A stretch of 64,000 nt of DNA. Origin: a virus. The notes below the pieces were generated by a model, which searched no databases, had not been told where the DNA came from, and worked only from the letters and a program-made list of their open reading frames with translations. This document shows positions 1 through 11,100 of the stretch, in pieces; position 1 is the stretch's first letter, and each line of letters opens with the position of its first letter. The stretch covers positions 32,001 to 96,000 of IMG/VR virus record IMGVR_UViG_3300025087_000038; one strand, 5' to 3'. The translations under genes were made by a program, and so were the position numbers.

Positions 1-2
1 TA

Positions 3-1397
3 AATAATTTATTAGAAAAAGAGGCGTTAACTCTAGCTGATTTAGCTGATGTTTCCAGAGCTACCGGGGGCGATAAAGACTTCTTTTTAAGACTATATGC
101 AAGACAGCACGGGGTATTGACGCAAGCTTCAGAAGATATAACTGAATTAACAGAACGAATGCTGCGATTTAATAAAGTAAAAGAAGACTGGCAATTGGGT
201 TTAGGCGGAGCATTATTTGATTTTGGTATGTCTGCAATGGAACTAGCTTCACATCCCCTTAAGACAAGAGAAGAAACTTTAGAGGGAACATCTGCCTTAG
301 GAGAAGAACGCGGGGGATTAATAAAAAGAAAAGCGGCAAAACAAGAAGCGTTATCACGACTTATGCCAGGCCCTTTAGGCGGTATTTTTAGAGGGGGGCT
401 GGAAAAAGAAATAAAAGAGCTAGATTACCAAATTAAAGCGATTGATATCGTTATTCAAAGCACGCGTAATGCAACCATGGCAGAAACTGATAGATTAAAT
501 AAATTAAAAGCTGAATCAGATGAATATGAAAGACAAAAAGATGCTGCTAATAAACACATAGATATAATTAATATAATAAACCAACGATATGATGCACAAC
601 TTGGAATTTTAGAAGCTACATATAGGCCGATAATGGAACAAGGTTCCTTTCTTTTATTACAAGTAAATATGTTAGAAAATATAGTATCAGAACGCCAAAA
701 AATTGTTGATACATTACGAGAGGAAGGAAAAGCCCTTGAGGATAATAAGGAATATCAGGAAGCTCAGACTAATTTAGCACAAGCCGAATTAGCAGTAGCT
801 CAAAAACGTCAATATATTCAACGTTCCTTTATGGAAAAGATGTTACAGTTACAGCTAGGACTATCAAAAGGAACATACACAATGCCAACAACTATGGGAG
901 AAGGTTTAACCAAAGGGCCAGGATACAGTCCATTTGCACCGTTAGAACGAGGTGGAACAGGCGGTAAGGCATGGGGAAGTTATAATGCAAAAGGAGAATT
1001 TGAAAAAAGACCGCAGACGGGACCTTACGAAAAGTTTTATCAACGGTTATTTGGTGGAGCTGCTGGATTTAGGAGTCCGCATGAAAAAGTAGTAGAAAAC
1101 AGGTTAAGTGGAATAGAAGACAACACCCAAAAAATGGTAAATACCTTGAATGTACCAACTACTGCTGGAACTACTCCAGTTGCAGGGGGGTCCCCCGCAA
1201 TTACCGGAACAGTTGGGAGTACAGTTACTCCTGTAGCTTCAACTACACCAAGGTGGAATGAATCTCCTTCTTGGGGAAGGGTAAGAGCCGAAGAGGAAAA
1301 ACCTATTCCTATAGCTAAAGAATCAATTAAAGAACTTATAGATGGTTTTATTAATGGACTAAAAGATATTGGTATAAGCATAGTAACGCACCCATAA
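3..1397 (+). CDS. probable tail tape-measure protein, C-terminal part (5'-truncated by window)
   Basis: Frame is open from position 3. Long helical/coiled-coil Ala/Leu/Glu-rich sequence immediately upstream of tail genes. Assignment is positional inference. Confidence 0.5.
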   Translation, partial: NNLLEKEALTLADLADVSRATGGDKDFFLRLYARQHGVLTQASEDITELTERMLRFNKVKEDWQLGLGGALFDFGMSAMELASHPLKTREETLEGTSALGEERGGLIKRKAAKQEALSRLMPGPLGGIFRGGLEKEIKELDYQIKAIDIVIQSTRNATMAETDRLNKLKAESDEYERQKDAANKHIDIINIINQRYDAQLGILEATYRPIMEQGSFLLLQVNMLENIVSERQKIVDTLREEGKALEDNKEYQEAQTNLAQAELAVAQKRQYIQRSFMEKMLQLQLGLSKGTYTMPTTMGEGLTKGPGYSPFAPLERGGTGGKAWGSYNAKGEFEKRPQTGPYEKFYQRLFGGAAGFRSPHEKVVENRLSGIEDNTQKMVNTLNVPTTAGTTPVAGGSPAITGTVGSTVTPVASTTPRWNESPSWGRVRAEEEKPIPIAKESIKELIDGFINGLKDIGISIVTHP

Positions 1398-1405
1398 AAG
1401 GAAAA

Positions 1406-2242
1406 ATGGAATTTAATTTATTGGATAAAGAAAAAGAAGGCTTATTCAAAAGATACCCCTATGTATCCGAGTGGACTAAAGGCCTCTCTAAAATTTTATT
1501 TTATATGTGTATTAGCATTTTAATAATTTTATGGTTTCAATTTTCTTTTACGCCAATAAGTAAAAATCTACAAAAGCGAGAAATTACTCAAGTCCCTTTA
1601 GAAGTTACACTTTTACCGGCAATTGAAGAAACAAAAAAGAATTTAGATATAAAGATTGTTAAAGAAGAAGTTAAAGATACTTCTATTAGACAAGTTCAAG
1701 CGAAAGGTAATTTAGTATTTGCTAAAAATAATATAAGGGGGTCACAATCGTTCTCTTTGGAGGACTCAAGCGAAGTCATACAGCAATCTATAAATGAATT
1801 GCCGCATAGAGCAGGACCTGTTGTTGCAGAAACACCTTTAGAAAAGTCTTTAGAAGAACCTGTAAAAGAGGCAGTAGGAAAATATGAAGGAGCGGTTTTA
1901 GATATTGAAGCATTTTATTCTCTATTAAAGAAATTTAATAAATCTGTTAAGTTAGCATTATTTGCTAATGCCCAGTTTAATGGAGGAACTGCCGTGGATA
2001 ATCTGCCATCTCCTTATAGAGAAATGGCTATACAAGACAGAATTGAATTGTCAAACAAGTATTCGTTTATTACTAAAAAATCTCCAAAAGAAGATAAAAT
2101 GCTTTTAGAGGCTACTGCTGAAGACATAACCAGAGAAGCAGAAAGCTTGGGTGGTTGGCAAAATGTAGAAATAAGAATATTGCTAGACAGAACTGATTCT
2201 TATGGAAGAAGAATGTATATTCGTTTTGAAAGAAAAGTTTAA
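1406..2242 (+). CDS. hypothetical membrane-anchored protein
   Basis: 278-aa ORF with AAGGA RBS and one N-terminal hydrophobic segment (ILFYMCISILIILWFQF). Confidence 0.6.
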   Translation: MEFNLLDKEKEGLFKRYPYVSEWTKGLSKILFYMCISILIILWFQFSFTPISKNLQKREITQVPLEVTLLPAIEETKKNLDIKIVKEEVKDTSIRQVQAKGNLVFAKNNIRGSQSFSLEDSSEVIQQSINELPHRAGPVVAETPLEKSLEEPVKEAVGKYEGAVLDIEAFYSLLKKFNKSVKLALFANAQFNGGTAVDNLPSPYREMAIQDRIELSNKYSFITKKSPKEDKMLLEATAEDITREAESLGGWQNVEIRILLDRTDSYGRRMYIRFERKV

Positions 2243-2277
2243 AAAGTAAAAAACTCTAAATAGATAAGGACTATCAT

Positions 2278-2325
2278 AAAAGGAGTAAGTAGTTTTACTG
2301 TAAAAGGTAAAAGCTTACTCCTTTT
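2278..2325 (+). terminator. long hairpin, possible terminator/regulatory stem-loop
   Basis: AAAAGGAGTAAGT (2278-2290) pairs with GCTTACTCCTTTT (2313-2325); inner TTTTAC/GTAAAA stem. Confidence 0.5.
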
Positions 2326-2345
2326 CTATTTTATAGGAGAAAGAA

Positions 2346-3185
2346 ATGTTTGAACACTATTTGGACCGTTGCCTAACTTTGGGAGACAACGAGCTCAATT
2401 CGATATGGAGCATTGATGTAAGAAAATCACTGTTAGGTCAAAATGGTGAAACTGAAGGTGTAGGCAACGCCTATGTTTTAGGGCAATGGGACACAACTTT
2501 AGACTACAGCAGCAGCGGTTTGAAAGCTTCTTCGAAGGCAATAGGGTTTGGCAGAGACGAAAACGGAAATCCTTCTACTCTTAGCGTTATTTTTACTGAC
2601 AAAAATTTAAAAGGATATTCAAGAGCAATTACGCCGTTATTGTCTTCTTTAACTACAGTAGCAAATACGCCAACAAGTTACTACAATAATACCGGAGGCA
2701 GCCAATACTACACAACCGGGAACACAATTTACAATCACACGTATACTTTGTCTTCAACAATACAAAGAAAAGACAAAGACGGGAACTGGCAGACATACAC
2801 TTATAATCCTACAGGAATAGTAAGAGATAAAAGGAATATTTGGTGGATATGTAGTAAAGACTTAGGCAGAATAAGTCGATTAGCAAACAACATAGACAGT
2901 TTAACAGGAACCAACTTTACTGGGCAAGCTGGTAGAATAGACTACGAGGAAGAAATAAAAGAAACCGGAACTTTACTTCATCCAACAGGGTTAGCAGTTT
3001 TACCAGAGAAAAGTTCTATGTTTGATACAGATTTAGATGAAAGCGGTAGATTTTGGATTTGTTGCGATAACGGATACATCTATGAAATAAAAATAAACGG
3101 GTTGGGTGGAATCGAAATACTAGAATCTCAAACCGGAGTAGGAACTAATCATTTTATAACTTGCTATTCTAAAGAGGACTTATGA
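2346..3185 (+). CDS. putative virion tail protein
   Basis: Thr/Gly/Ser/Tyr-rich beta-type sequence; shares motif W-x-x-YTYNPT-x-I with the next ORF; tail-module position. Confidence 0.5.
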   Translation: MFEHYLDRCLTLGDNELNSIWSIDVRKSLLGQNGETEGVGNAYVLGQWDTTLDYSSSGLKASSKAIGFGRDENGNPSTLSVIFTDKNLKGYSRAITPLLSSLTTVANTPTSYYNNTGGSQYYTTGNTIYNHTYTLSSTIQRKDKDGNWQTYTYNPTGIVRDKRNIWWICSKDLGRISRLANNIDSLTGTNFTGQAGRIDYEEEIKETGTLLHPTGLAVLPEKSSMFDTDLDESGRFWICCDNGYIYEIKINGLGGIEILESQTGVGTNHFITCYSKEDL

Positions 3186-4597
3186 ACGAAGTACAAGTAT
3201 TAAACAAGATAAAAGCACCCGGAAATCTACCACAAGGACTAAGTGGAGTAGAAATGGCTTTATGGATGATTTTAGTTGAAAAAGGCGAAAAACGATTGTA
3301 TGGAATACCAGTTTTAGATGCTTTAGAAACAGGGTCTGCTAAATCTTTTATTGCAGTAAAACTAAGAGATGAAACTGGAAAAGAAATAACAAATGCTGAA
3401 CCTATAAGTGTAGCAAGCTACGGAACAGGCAACGGAGTTGAGTGGTGGTCTTATAGCGAACTTGCTACAATTTTTGTAGGGTTTAGTGATAACAAAATAA
3501 GAACATACAGTATGAATATGACTCCTACAATTGCTTATGGAACAAAATATTATTACACTGTTTCTTCTGCTCCGGATAGTTTATGGGATTCTTCTACTGG
3601 TCACTTATGGTATTGTTCTTCTAGTGAAAATACAATAGGTAGGATTACCCAAGGAACTAATAATACTGTTGTGTATACTCTTAAAAGAAAATCCGGAGAT
3701 TCCTGGGTAGATTATACTTATAATCCTACAGCAATAAGCTATTATTTAGCATGTTCTGGGAATTTAAATATTGCCAGTTATTGGATACCAATATTAGCTC
3801 CTTTTGGGGAGAACTGGATGTCACTTGGTGAATATAGTATATCGGGAGGGTCTAATTATACTGAATCCTACGAGACTCCGGGATTTATTGTAGGAATGGC
3901 GACTGTTAATTGGTATTTTGGTGGAACAGGTGGGGCTAATATTGGTTATTATTTATCAAGTACTGATGGAAATATTTATAAAGCGCAATTTGAGGCGCCT
4001 TGGTTGTATCCTCCACCCATACGCGCAGGTACCTTTACCATAGTAGACCAATTTATCGGAAAGATTAATCAAGGAGGAATTCATATAGGCTACAAAATTC
4101 CATACATAAAAGTAACGGGTCAAAGTAAAGATGGATACATGAAAAAAAGTGGGGCAACCTATACAGAAGCAGTAGCATCTACTCCAGTAGTAACAATAAA
4201 TGGAGGAAGTTCAATAAAGTATGTAGGAACAAGACTAACTGGAGGAAACTACGAAATTTATAGGTCTTACCTTTCTTTTGATACAGAGTTTATAGATTTT
4301 ACTCCTACAGTAATACATCTTTATCTTAAAACTGTTTCTTTAACAGTAAGGGATATGGAAATACTGGTTTATGAAATGCCAGCACATGATGTTCTGACTT
4401 CAGACCACTGGGGTTCGGTAGGAAGATTGTTAGCAAGAAAACATGTTTGCGCTTACCATTCAATTTATCTTCCTGTAGATACAGATTTAAGTAATGGATT
4501 ATATGTAGAAATAAGGGGAAGTCAAGAAGAAACAAATAGTTATATACAAAACGACTTAATAACAATTAGCGCTTACGAGTTGAGGTTATTTTCATAA
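3182..4597 (+). CDS. putative virion tail protein
   Basis: ATGA-coupled; beta-rich; WVDYTYNPTAI motif; C-terminal RSYLSFDT motif. Confidence 0.5.
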   Translation: MNEVQVLNKIKAPGNLPQGLSGVEMALWMILVEKGEKRLYGIPVLDALETGSAKSFIAVKLRDETGKEITNAEPISVASYGTGNGVEWWSYSELATIFVGFSDNKIRTYSMNMTPTIAYGTKYYYTVSSAPDSLWDSSTGHLWYCSSSENTIGRITQGTNNTVVYTLKRKSGDSWVDYTYNPTAISYYLACSGNLNIASYWIPILAPFGENWMSLGEYSISGGSNYTESYETPGFIVGMATVNWYFGGTGGANIGYYLSSTDGNIYKAQFEAPWLYPPPIRAGTFTIVDQFIGKINQGGIHIGYKIPYIKVTGQSKDGYMKKSGATYTEAVASTPVVTINGGSSIKYVGTRLTGGNYEIYRSYLSFDTEFIDFTPTVIHLYLKTVSLTVRDMEILVYEMPAHDVLTSDHWGSVGRLLARKHVCAYHSIYLPVDTDLSNGLYVEIRGSQEETNSYIQNDLITISAYELRLFS

Positions 4598-5436
4598 TGG
4601 GAACAGGATATTGTAGAATAGGTGATTACGAATTTATGTTAAAGAAAAGTGTTTGCGGATATTCTGTTATATCAGTAGCTAATATAGAAAGGCCATCAGG
4701 ACAGATAGAACTTTTTTATCAGCATACAGGTGCGACCCAAACTTTAACTATGGATAGAACAAGGGATAGAGGAGTAACGCAAACTCAGACAAACTATACT
4801 CTAAAAGACGAAAATAACGTTAATGTAGTATCAGGACTTTTAACAATGCCAATATGTTCATTAGTATTTGCTGCGGCATTGAATACTTATTTTTTAATCT
4901 ATTATTACAACTTTAAAATATTATTTACAAAAGGGACGTTAAATGTAAGCGATGTAATAACTTGGGCACAACCTACAATAGTAGTAAGTAATATAACTAT
5001 GGCTAGACCACAAATAATCTATAACACTGATGGAAGTATAGATGTCTATTACAAAGTTTATAATGATGCCTTTGATGAAATAATAAAGATAAAACGAAGT
5101 AAAGACTATGGAATAACATGGACAGATATACCTTACGATCCCGTAGTAGAAATAAAAAAAGAAAATATAAAACTATTCAATTTGCCAGAATGTAGTAAAG
5201 TAGGTATGATAAGCCATGATGGGAAAACTATGAACCAAGATTTCTTAACCCATACAGTAGACGGAAAACTAACATTAACAGAAAATACAGGAGGTACTAG
5301 TATAGTTCCAACTCAAACACCCGCAGTATTAAGAAGTAGAACTGACGAGTATTATGTAGCGTATCAATCAGGAATTGGCTTAACTTTAAACTTTGGTATA
5401 AGCCGAGATGCAGGATTAACATGGAGTAAAGTATGA
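4597..5436 (+). CDS. putative tail protein with Asp-box (BNR) motifs
   Basis: Two Asp-box motifs, SKDYGITW and SRDAGLTW. Confidence 0.55.
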   Translation: MGTGYCRIGDYEFMLKKSVCGYSVISVANIERPSGQIELFYQHTGATQTLTMDRTRDRGVTQTQTNYTLKDENNVNVVSGLLTMPICSLVFAAALNTYFLIYYYNFKILFTKGTLNVSDVITWAQPTIVVSNITMARPQIIYNTDGSIDVYYKVYNDAFDEIIKIKRSKDYGITWTDIPYDPVVEIKKENIKLFNLPECSKVGMISHDGKTMNQDFLTHTVDGKLTLTENTGGTSIVPTQTPAVLRSRTDEYYVAYQSGIGLTLNFGISRDAGLTWSKV

Positions 5437-7901
5437 CAAGAAAAATTCGGTATTATCCGCATGTAAAAGCAGAATGGGCACGAACCTTTAACGTTATGAC
5501 ACGCTGGGGATTCTGTATGTATGTGCCAATGAGCGAAGCAATAGATAACGTAGGACTAATAACCAGTGATAAAAGTATTAGTAATAGTACTACTGACAAT
5601 AAAAAAGCACAAACGCTATACGAATACCAAACAATTTTTCATTCTACTTTAGATAGGCAATCGACGTTATGGGTAGAGCGAAATTTAGGAGCGCTAATGT
5701 TGCGGCCAAAAAACTTTAATTATACTTATGCTGATACAACACTTTCAGCAAACCATTCTTGGTCTGGTGGTACTCCTTCTGGAGGAACTACTACTGCTTG
5801 GGAGGCGGTAGTAGGTACAGCTGGAGATGACAAAAATAACGTTTGGGTAGAAGAAACAACTTCTCCGCTTACAAAATGGGTAGTAGAAGATGATCCTAAA
5901 ATTCCGCCTTATGGTACTGTTACACCAACGCTTTCTGCTATTAAATTTCTTCATTTAAAAAACAGTAATACAAATACTCCTAGAACTATTAAATCAACAT
6001 TTCCAGTGGTCGAAAATGGCTCCTTTTGTGTAGTAGTGGGATTACCGGTACAAGCAAACAATCAGACACCAGCGTCTTCAGTAGTTATAGGATTTGGAGC
6101 AGATGCATGGAAAATAAAATGGGCTGCAAACGAAAGACCGGTATTGCTAGACCAAAAAGATAATGTGCTTGATACTATAAGAATACCAGAAGAAGACACA
6201 ACAATATTCCATAAACAATGGGCAAGTAACAATATTAAAACTTACGCGTTTATGGTCCAATGGGCATTTCATAGTATACTTATTTCTAATGGAATCCAGA
6301 TAGACTATACGCAAACCGAAAAAGAGCCTAAACACGCAAGAAACTGGTTATATAAAGTGCCTACAATGAGCGCTGCTACTGATGGTATAGAAATAGCCGA
6401 AAGTCCTATTTCAGTAACGGTTAGTGGCGGGAATGGGTTCTTAGCATATATACCAATAGAATATGCAGAAAGTGGCCTTTTACAAGCTGGTAAAACTAAT
6501 ATTGGGTATAAGCCAACTACAACTAAAATGACTACAAACTCGGTAACGCAAGGAAAGACAGAAGTAGTCAATAATTTTACAACTTCTGATACCGAATACG
6601 ACTGGAATGTAACACTAAATCGATGGAACGGTGATGGAACAGACGTTCCAAACTATACCCCTATACTGTTTGGTGTAGAATTCAACGGCAGCCCAAAATA
6701 TGAAATCGCTACGTTAGATTCTACTGATATACCAGATATACTTAGTGAACATATTTTAAATTGTTCAATATCAGAATATGTAGACCAACCTAGAACTTGT
6801 ACTTTATCGGTTTGGAATAGAGGCGGACGATACAAAAATTTGTATGGGATGTATCCCATAAAAGTAAGTATCGGACAAAAAACAGGGCCAGAACGAATAG
6901 GTGATTTTGAAAACGTTCCTACTGGCGAACCTACTATGTATCAACATATATTTGGGTTTGTATCAGACATAAAATATTCAAGACCGGATGCTGCACAGAG
7001 CACAGTAGATTTAACCATAACTGATAGACGAATACAGGTAACAGAAGCGATAGCGGTAAATTTACCAATCTACGACGGATGGGTACATTATGAGGCAATA
7101 GCCGATTTAGCTGATAGAAGTGGAATAGAAACAGGTGATAGAGTTATTGATGTTATAAATTCTGGGACATTATCCCCTGGTAACCTCCCTAATTCTGGAT
7201 TGATGAAAGAACCGTTATATATGTTTAGCGCCGGAACATCTATGTGGGAATGTATGGAAAAGATTCGGCAATGGAGCCAATGGTGGATGTATTTTGACGA
7301 AGATGGAAAACTGAATTATAGGGATCCGGTGCTTACAACAGTATCTTCGCCGACATCTTCACCAAACGGACGAAAATTTAAAGAAGTCCCAAGCACAGTT
7401 GATGCTTATGACGAGCTAAAACGAATGAACATAGTAAAACGATTAGCCGAAATTATAAATACTGTTTTTGTACAAGGATTAGATTACAACTATCCAGTGC
7501 CTCGACCTTTGTTTGCATTAGAGCAATCACCACTTGGCGGAACTATAGACAGAGCGAGAATGGGCTGGGTACCTTGGAACCGGTTCCAAATAATTAGTGA
7601 TAGCGCATTAAATAGTCCGGGCGTAGTACAAAGTGTGGCAGCTGAAGTATTTAAACGCGCCTCACGCCCAAGATTTTTTATACAGTTTAGTGCTTGGGGT
7701 CAACCAGACCTGTATCCACTAAACATAATAGAAATAGAAGAAATAGATAAAGAAACTGGTATAATGGAATTAACAGAAGCCAAAAAGTTTAGGATAACAT
7801 CAATAACACATAACCTAAGCAAAAGCACTGAGGCATACACATGCGATATAGAAGGTGAATGGGTAGACCCACAATATACTTACGACCCATATTGGAGTTA
7901 A
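5433..7901 (+). CDS. putative baseplate hub / tail protein
   Basis: 822 aa; hub-like segments (WWMYFDEDGKLNYR; FRITSITHNLS...TCDIEG); tail-module position. Confidence 0.55.
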   Translation: MTRKIRYYPHVKAEWARTFNVMTRWGFCMYVPMSEAIDNVGLITSDKSISNSTTDNKKAQTLYEYQTIFHSTLDRQSTLWVERNLGALMLRPKNFNYTYADTTLSANHSWSGGTPSGGTTTAWEAVVGTAGDDKNNVWVEETTSPLTKWVVEDDPKIPPYGTVTPTLSAIKFLHLKNSNTNTPRTIKSTFPVVENGSFCVVVGLPVQANNQTPASSVVIGFGADAWKIKWAANERPVLLDQKDNVLDTIRIPEEDTTIFHKQWASNNIKTYAFMVQWAFHSILISNGIQIDYTQTEKEPKHARNWLYKVPTMSAATDGIEIAESPISVTVSGGNGFLAYIPIEYAESGLLQAGKTNIGYKPTTTKMTTNSVTQGKTEVVNNFTTSDTEYDWNVTLNRWNGDGTDVPNYTPILFGVEFNGSPKYEIATLDSTDIPDILSEHILNCSISEYVDQPRTCTLSVWNRGGRYKNLYGMYPIKVSIGQKTGPERIGDFENVPTGEPTMYQHIFGFVSDIKYSRPDAAQSTVDLTITDRRIQVTEAIAVNLPIYDGWVHYEAIADLADRSGIETGDRVIDVINSGTLSPGNLPNSGLMKEPLYMFSAGTSMWECMEKIRQWSQWWMYFDEDGKLNYRDPVLTTVSSPTSSPNGRKFKEVPSTVDAYDELKRMNIVKRLAEIINTVFVQGLDYNYPVPRPLFALEQSPLGGTIDRARMGWVPWNRFQIISDSALNSPGVVQSVAAEVFKRASRPRFFIQFSAWGQPDLYPLNIIEIEEIDKETGIMELTEAKKFRITSITHNLSKSTEAYTCDIEGEWVDPQYTYDPYWS

Positions 7902-7904
7902 TAA

Positions 7905-8132
7905 ATGTTAAAAACTTATAGGAATATAGGAAGAGAATTAAGCCGAAATATAGTCTACAAAGTTTTAAAAGGAACAGATACAGTAAGTCGTCTAAACATG
8001 ACCCAAAAAGCTACTATGGAAAAAGGGCAAAGTTTAGGTATAGAAAAGAAAGAGCTGTTTGATTCCCTATTTAGGGGTTACATAATGTGCGGAAGCTCAA
8101 AATTAGGAGATGGGTCAGTTTGTGGCCCATAG
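7905..8132 (+). CDS. small hypothetical tail-module protein
   Basis: 75-aa ORF tightly packed between tail genes. Confidence 0.5.
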   Translation: MLKTYRNIGRELSRNIVYKVLKGTDTVSRLNMTQKATMEKGQSLGIEKKELFDSLFRGYIMCGSSKLGDGSVCGP

Positions 8133-8137
8133 CATAA

Positions 8138-11100
8138 ATGAGTTACGGATACTTTTCAGATAAATATTTGTTACCGACACAAGTCCATGGGGACAACATG
8201 TCGGGAACGCAGGAGAAACGAAAGTCCCGGATACTGGATAATCAACTTTATATTTCGCTTTGGTTGCACGGAACCGGTAATGGAGTAATCAAAGAAGGAA
8301 TGTATCTGGGAACATTTTCTTCAAATAATTCTACTGTGCAATTAATCGAGAATAAACCAAATCCAGCGTTAGAATGCTTAATAAATCAAGTATACGGATA
8401 TACAACAGGGGCATTAACTTGGACTGGATTGGCAAACAACACTATTTATTATCTTTATGCTAACATAGTAGAACAAGCGACAGATACAAACCCTTCTGGG
8501 GCATCAACCAGAGAATACAAAAGTATAGGAACAAGTTTTAATATTACTGGAATAACCCCTACAGACGCAATTCTAATAGCTACCGCTACAACTACAGCTT
8601 CAGCAATTTCTATTAATATCAACCCAAGTGGAAAACGGTACATAAAATCAATAGAAGACACAACGGATTTTGTAAGCGGAATAACAGTATTTGGAAATGC
8701 TGAGTTCAAAAAAGCGGTAGAAATAGATGGCGGAATAACAAGTGGAATAAATATTTACGGGAACGTAACAATAACAGGGACTGGTAATACATTTGCAGTA
8801 TGGAATCCAACAACCTTTAACAGACCAGTAACATTTAACGATTACATTATTGGTAATCCTTTAACAGTACGAAGTGGAGAGGATGTATATGGAAACGAAA
8901 CGGTACGAGGAAACTTAATACTCCAAGGAAAAATAGCAAGTGGAATAGACGTATTTGGCGGAGATTCGATTTTCAGAGATGACGTAGTCTTACAGAGGAC
9001 TTTAGAGGTAATCCATGGAACAACCTTAGATAGTTTAATTGTACGAAGTGGAGAAGACGTTTATGGGAACGGTATATTCCATGACAATGTAACTATTCAA
9101 GATAACCTAACAGTTTTAGGAAAGGTAGATATAACAAAAAATCTTATAGTAAGAAGCGGAGAGGAGATATTCGGAGATTCAGTTTTTAGAGACAAGGTAA
9201 CCGTTCAAGACGGTATAGACAGCAATAGTCCTATCTCTACTTCAGGGTTAAGCATATTCGGAGATTTGTATGTAACTGGTGGATTTCCGCAAGGGGCGGA
9301 TGAAAAAGCAAGGGTAACAATAACCGATACAACACCAAACTTTTTAGCCAGCAAAATAGTAGCAGGGGCTAACGTTACTGTAACAACATTGAATCCTGGT
9401 GGAGATGAAACGTTACGGATAGCGTCAACTGGTGGAAGTGGGAGTCCGGGAGGAAACAATACTGAAGTCCAGTATAATGATGCAGCCGCCTTTGGAGGCG
9501 CTGCAGGCTTGCGATACAATAATAGTACTCATTTAGTAACAATCAATAGCGGAATAGATGTAACTGGTACTTCAACTTTTAGAGGTAACACAAAAGTTCA
9601 AGGCACATTAGCAGTAGGAAATGATTATAATGAACCTTGGTTTGGTTCACAAGTTCACGTTATAGATGAGCCGGATACCTACATAATGGTTGAAACTTTA
9701 AATAGTTTAGGTTATGCAGGAATAGCTTTTAAAACCCCAAATATAACTATGCTGAATGATGTTCCATTTGTATATGCTAATGATTCGGATAAATCATTAC
9801 GGCTTTACGCATTTGGAAAAGACGAAATAATCCTAGAAGATGAACAAGTAAGAATACAAGATAGATTGCTATTACATAGTGGTATAGATGCATACGGAAA
9901 CATTTTCTTTAGAAGTGGGGTAGAAGTACAAGAAAATTTAAGAATTGATAGAACACTAAATGTAGAAGGACAATCAAACCAATCAGGTATAAATGTATTT
10001 GGTGATTTAATAGTAAAACAAAATTTAAGAACAAATTTTTTGCAAGTATCCCAAAATGTAAATGATAGATTTTCTTCTGGAATGGAAAACCCAAATGCGG
10101 GCACTGCAGCAATAACGGAATGGAGAATCGGCGAAGATATTACAACAATAGATAGCAAATATTTTACTATCGGATACGTTGGAAGCGGATATACACCATC
10201 TGGATACGTAAATCCAAATCAAGCAGATATTATCGCTACATCTCTTGTAACAAATGGATTTGTTATCGGAACTAACGGGAACGCCCCTATAAAGTTTGTT
10301 ACAAACCAAGCGGAACGTATAAGAATAGAAGGTGGCGGAAACATCGGTATCGGGACAACAAGCGCACAGTCAAAATTACATTTTGTCTCTACTGGCGCAG
10401 GGTATAATCCTGTTATGATAGAAGATATAATTGCAGCAACAACAGGCGGGGATATATTTCTTCAACATGCGAGGGGAACAACAGAAGCAAATAAGACCAT
10501 ACTTTTAAATAATGATGTAATGGGTGGTATTTATGCGAGGGGTTATGACGGTTTTAATTATCAGACTGGTGCAAGTATAGAGTTTGAAGTTGACGGAACT
10601 CCGGGTGCGACAGATATGCCGGGTCGTATAGTATTTTCTACTACCCCGGATAACTCAAGTACTTTAATAGATAGATTTATCGTAAATAGTAATGGCCATT
10701 TATTACCAGCTGCTTTAGGATATAATATAGGAGAAAGTGGATTAGGGGTAAGCCAGTTATGGGTAAGCAACGTAAACAGTAGCAAAGTTTCGTTTGATGA
10801 TGGGACAACCCTTACAACTGGTGGTAGTTCAGGCGCAACCACCGCATTAGACAACCTCGCCTCGGTAGCGATAAATACACACTTATTGCCTTCTGGAGAT
10901 AGTTCTATTGATTTGGGAACTTCTACAGGTCCGAACAGATTTAGAGTCGGCTACTTTGACCGCCTGAACGTAAACGATGGGACGCTGGCGGATGATACAT
11001 CTAATGCGATTATGGGGATAATAAATTTAAGTGGAGCAGGTGCACCAAAAGGATTAAATTTAGATGTTGATTATTCTGGAGTTACTGCAAATTTAGTTTC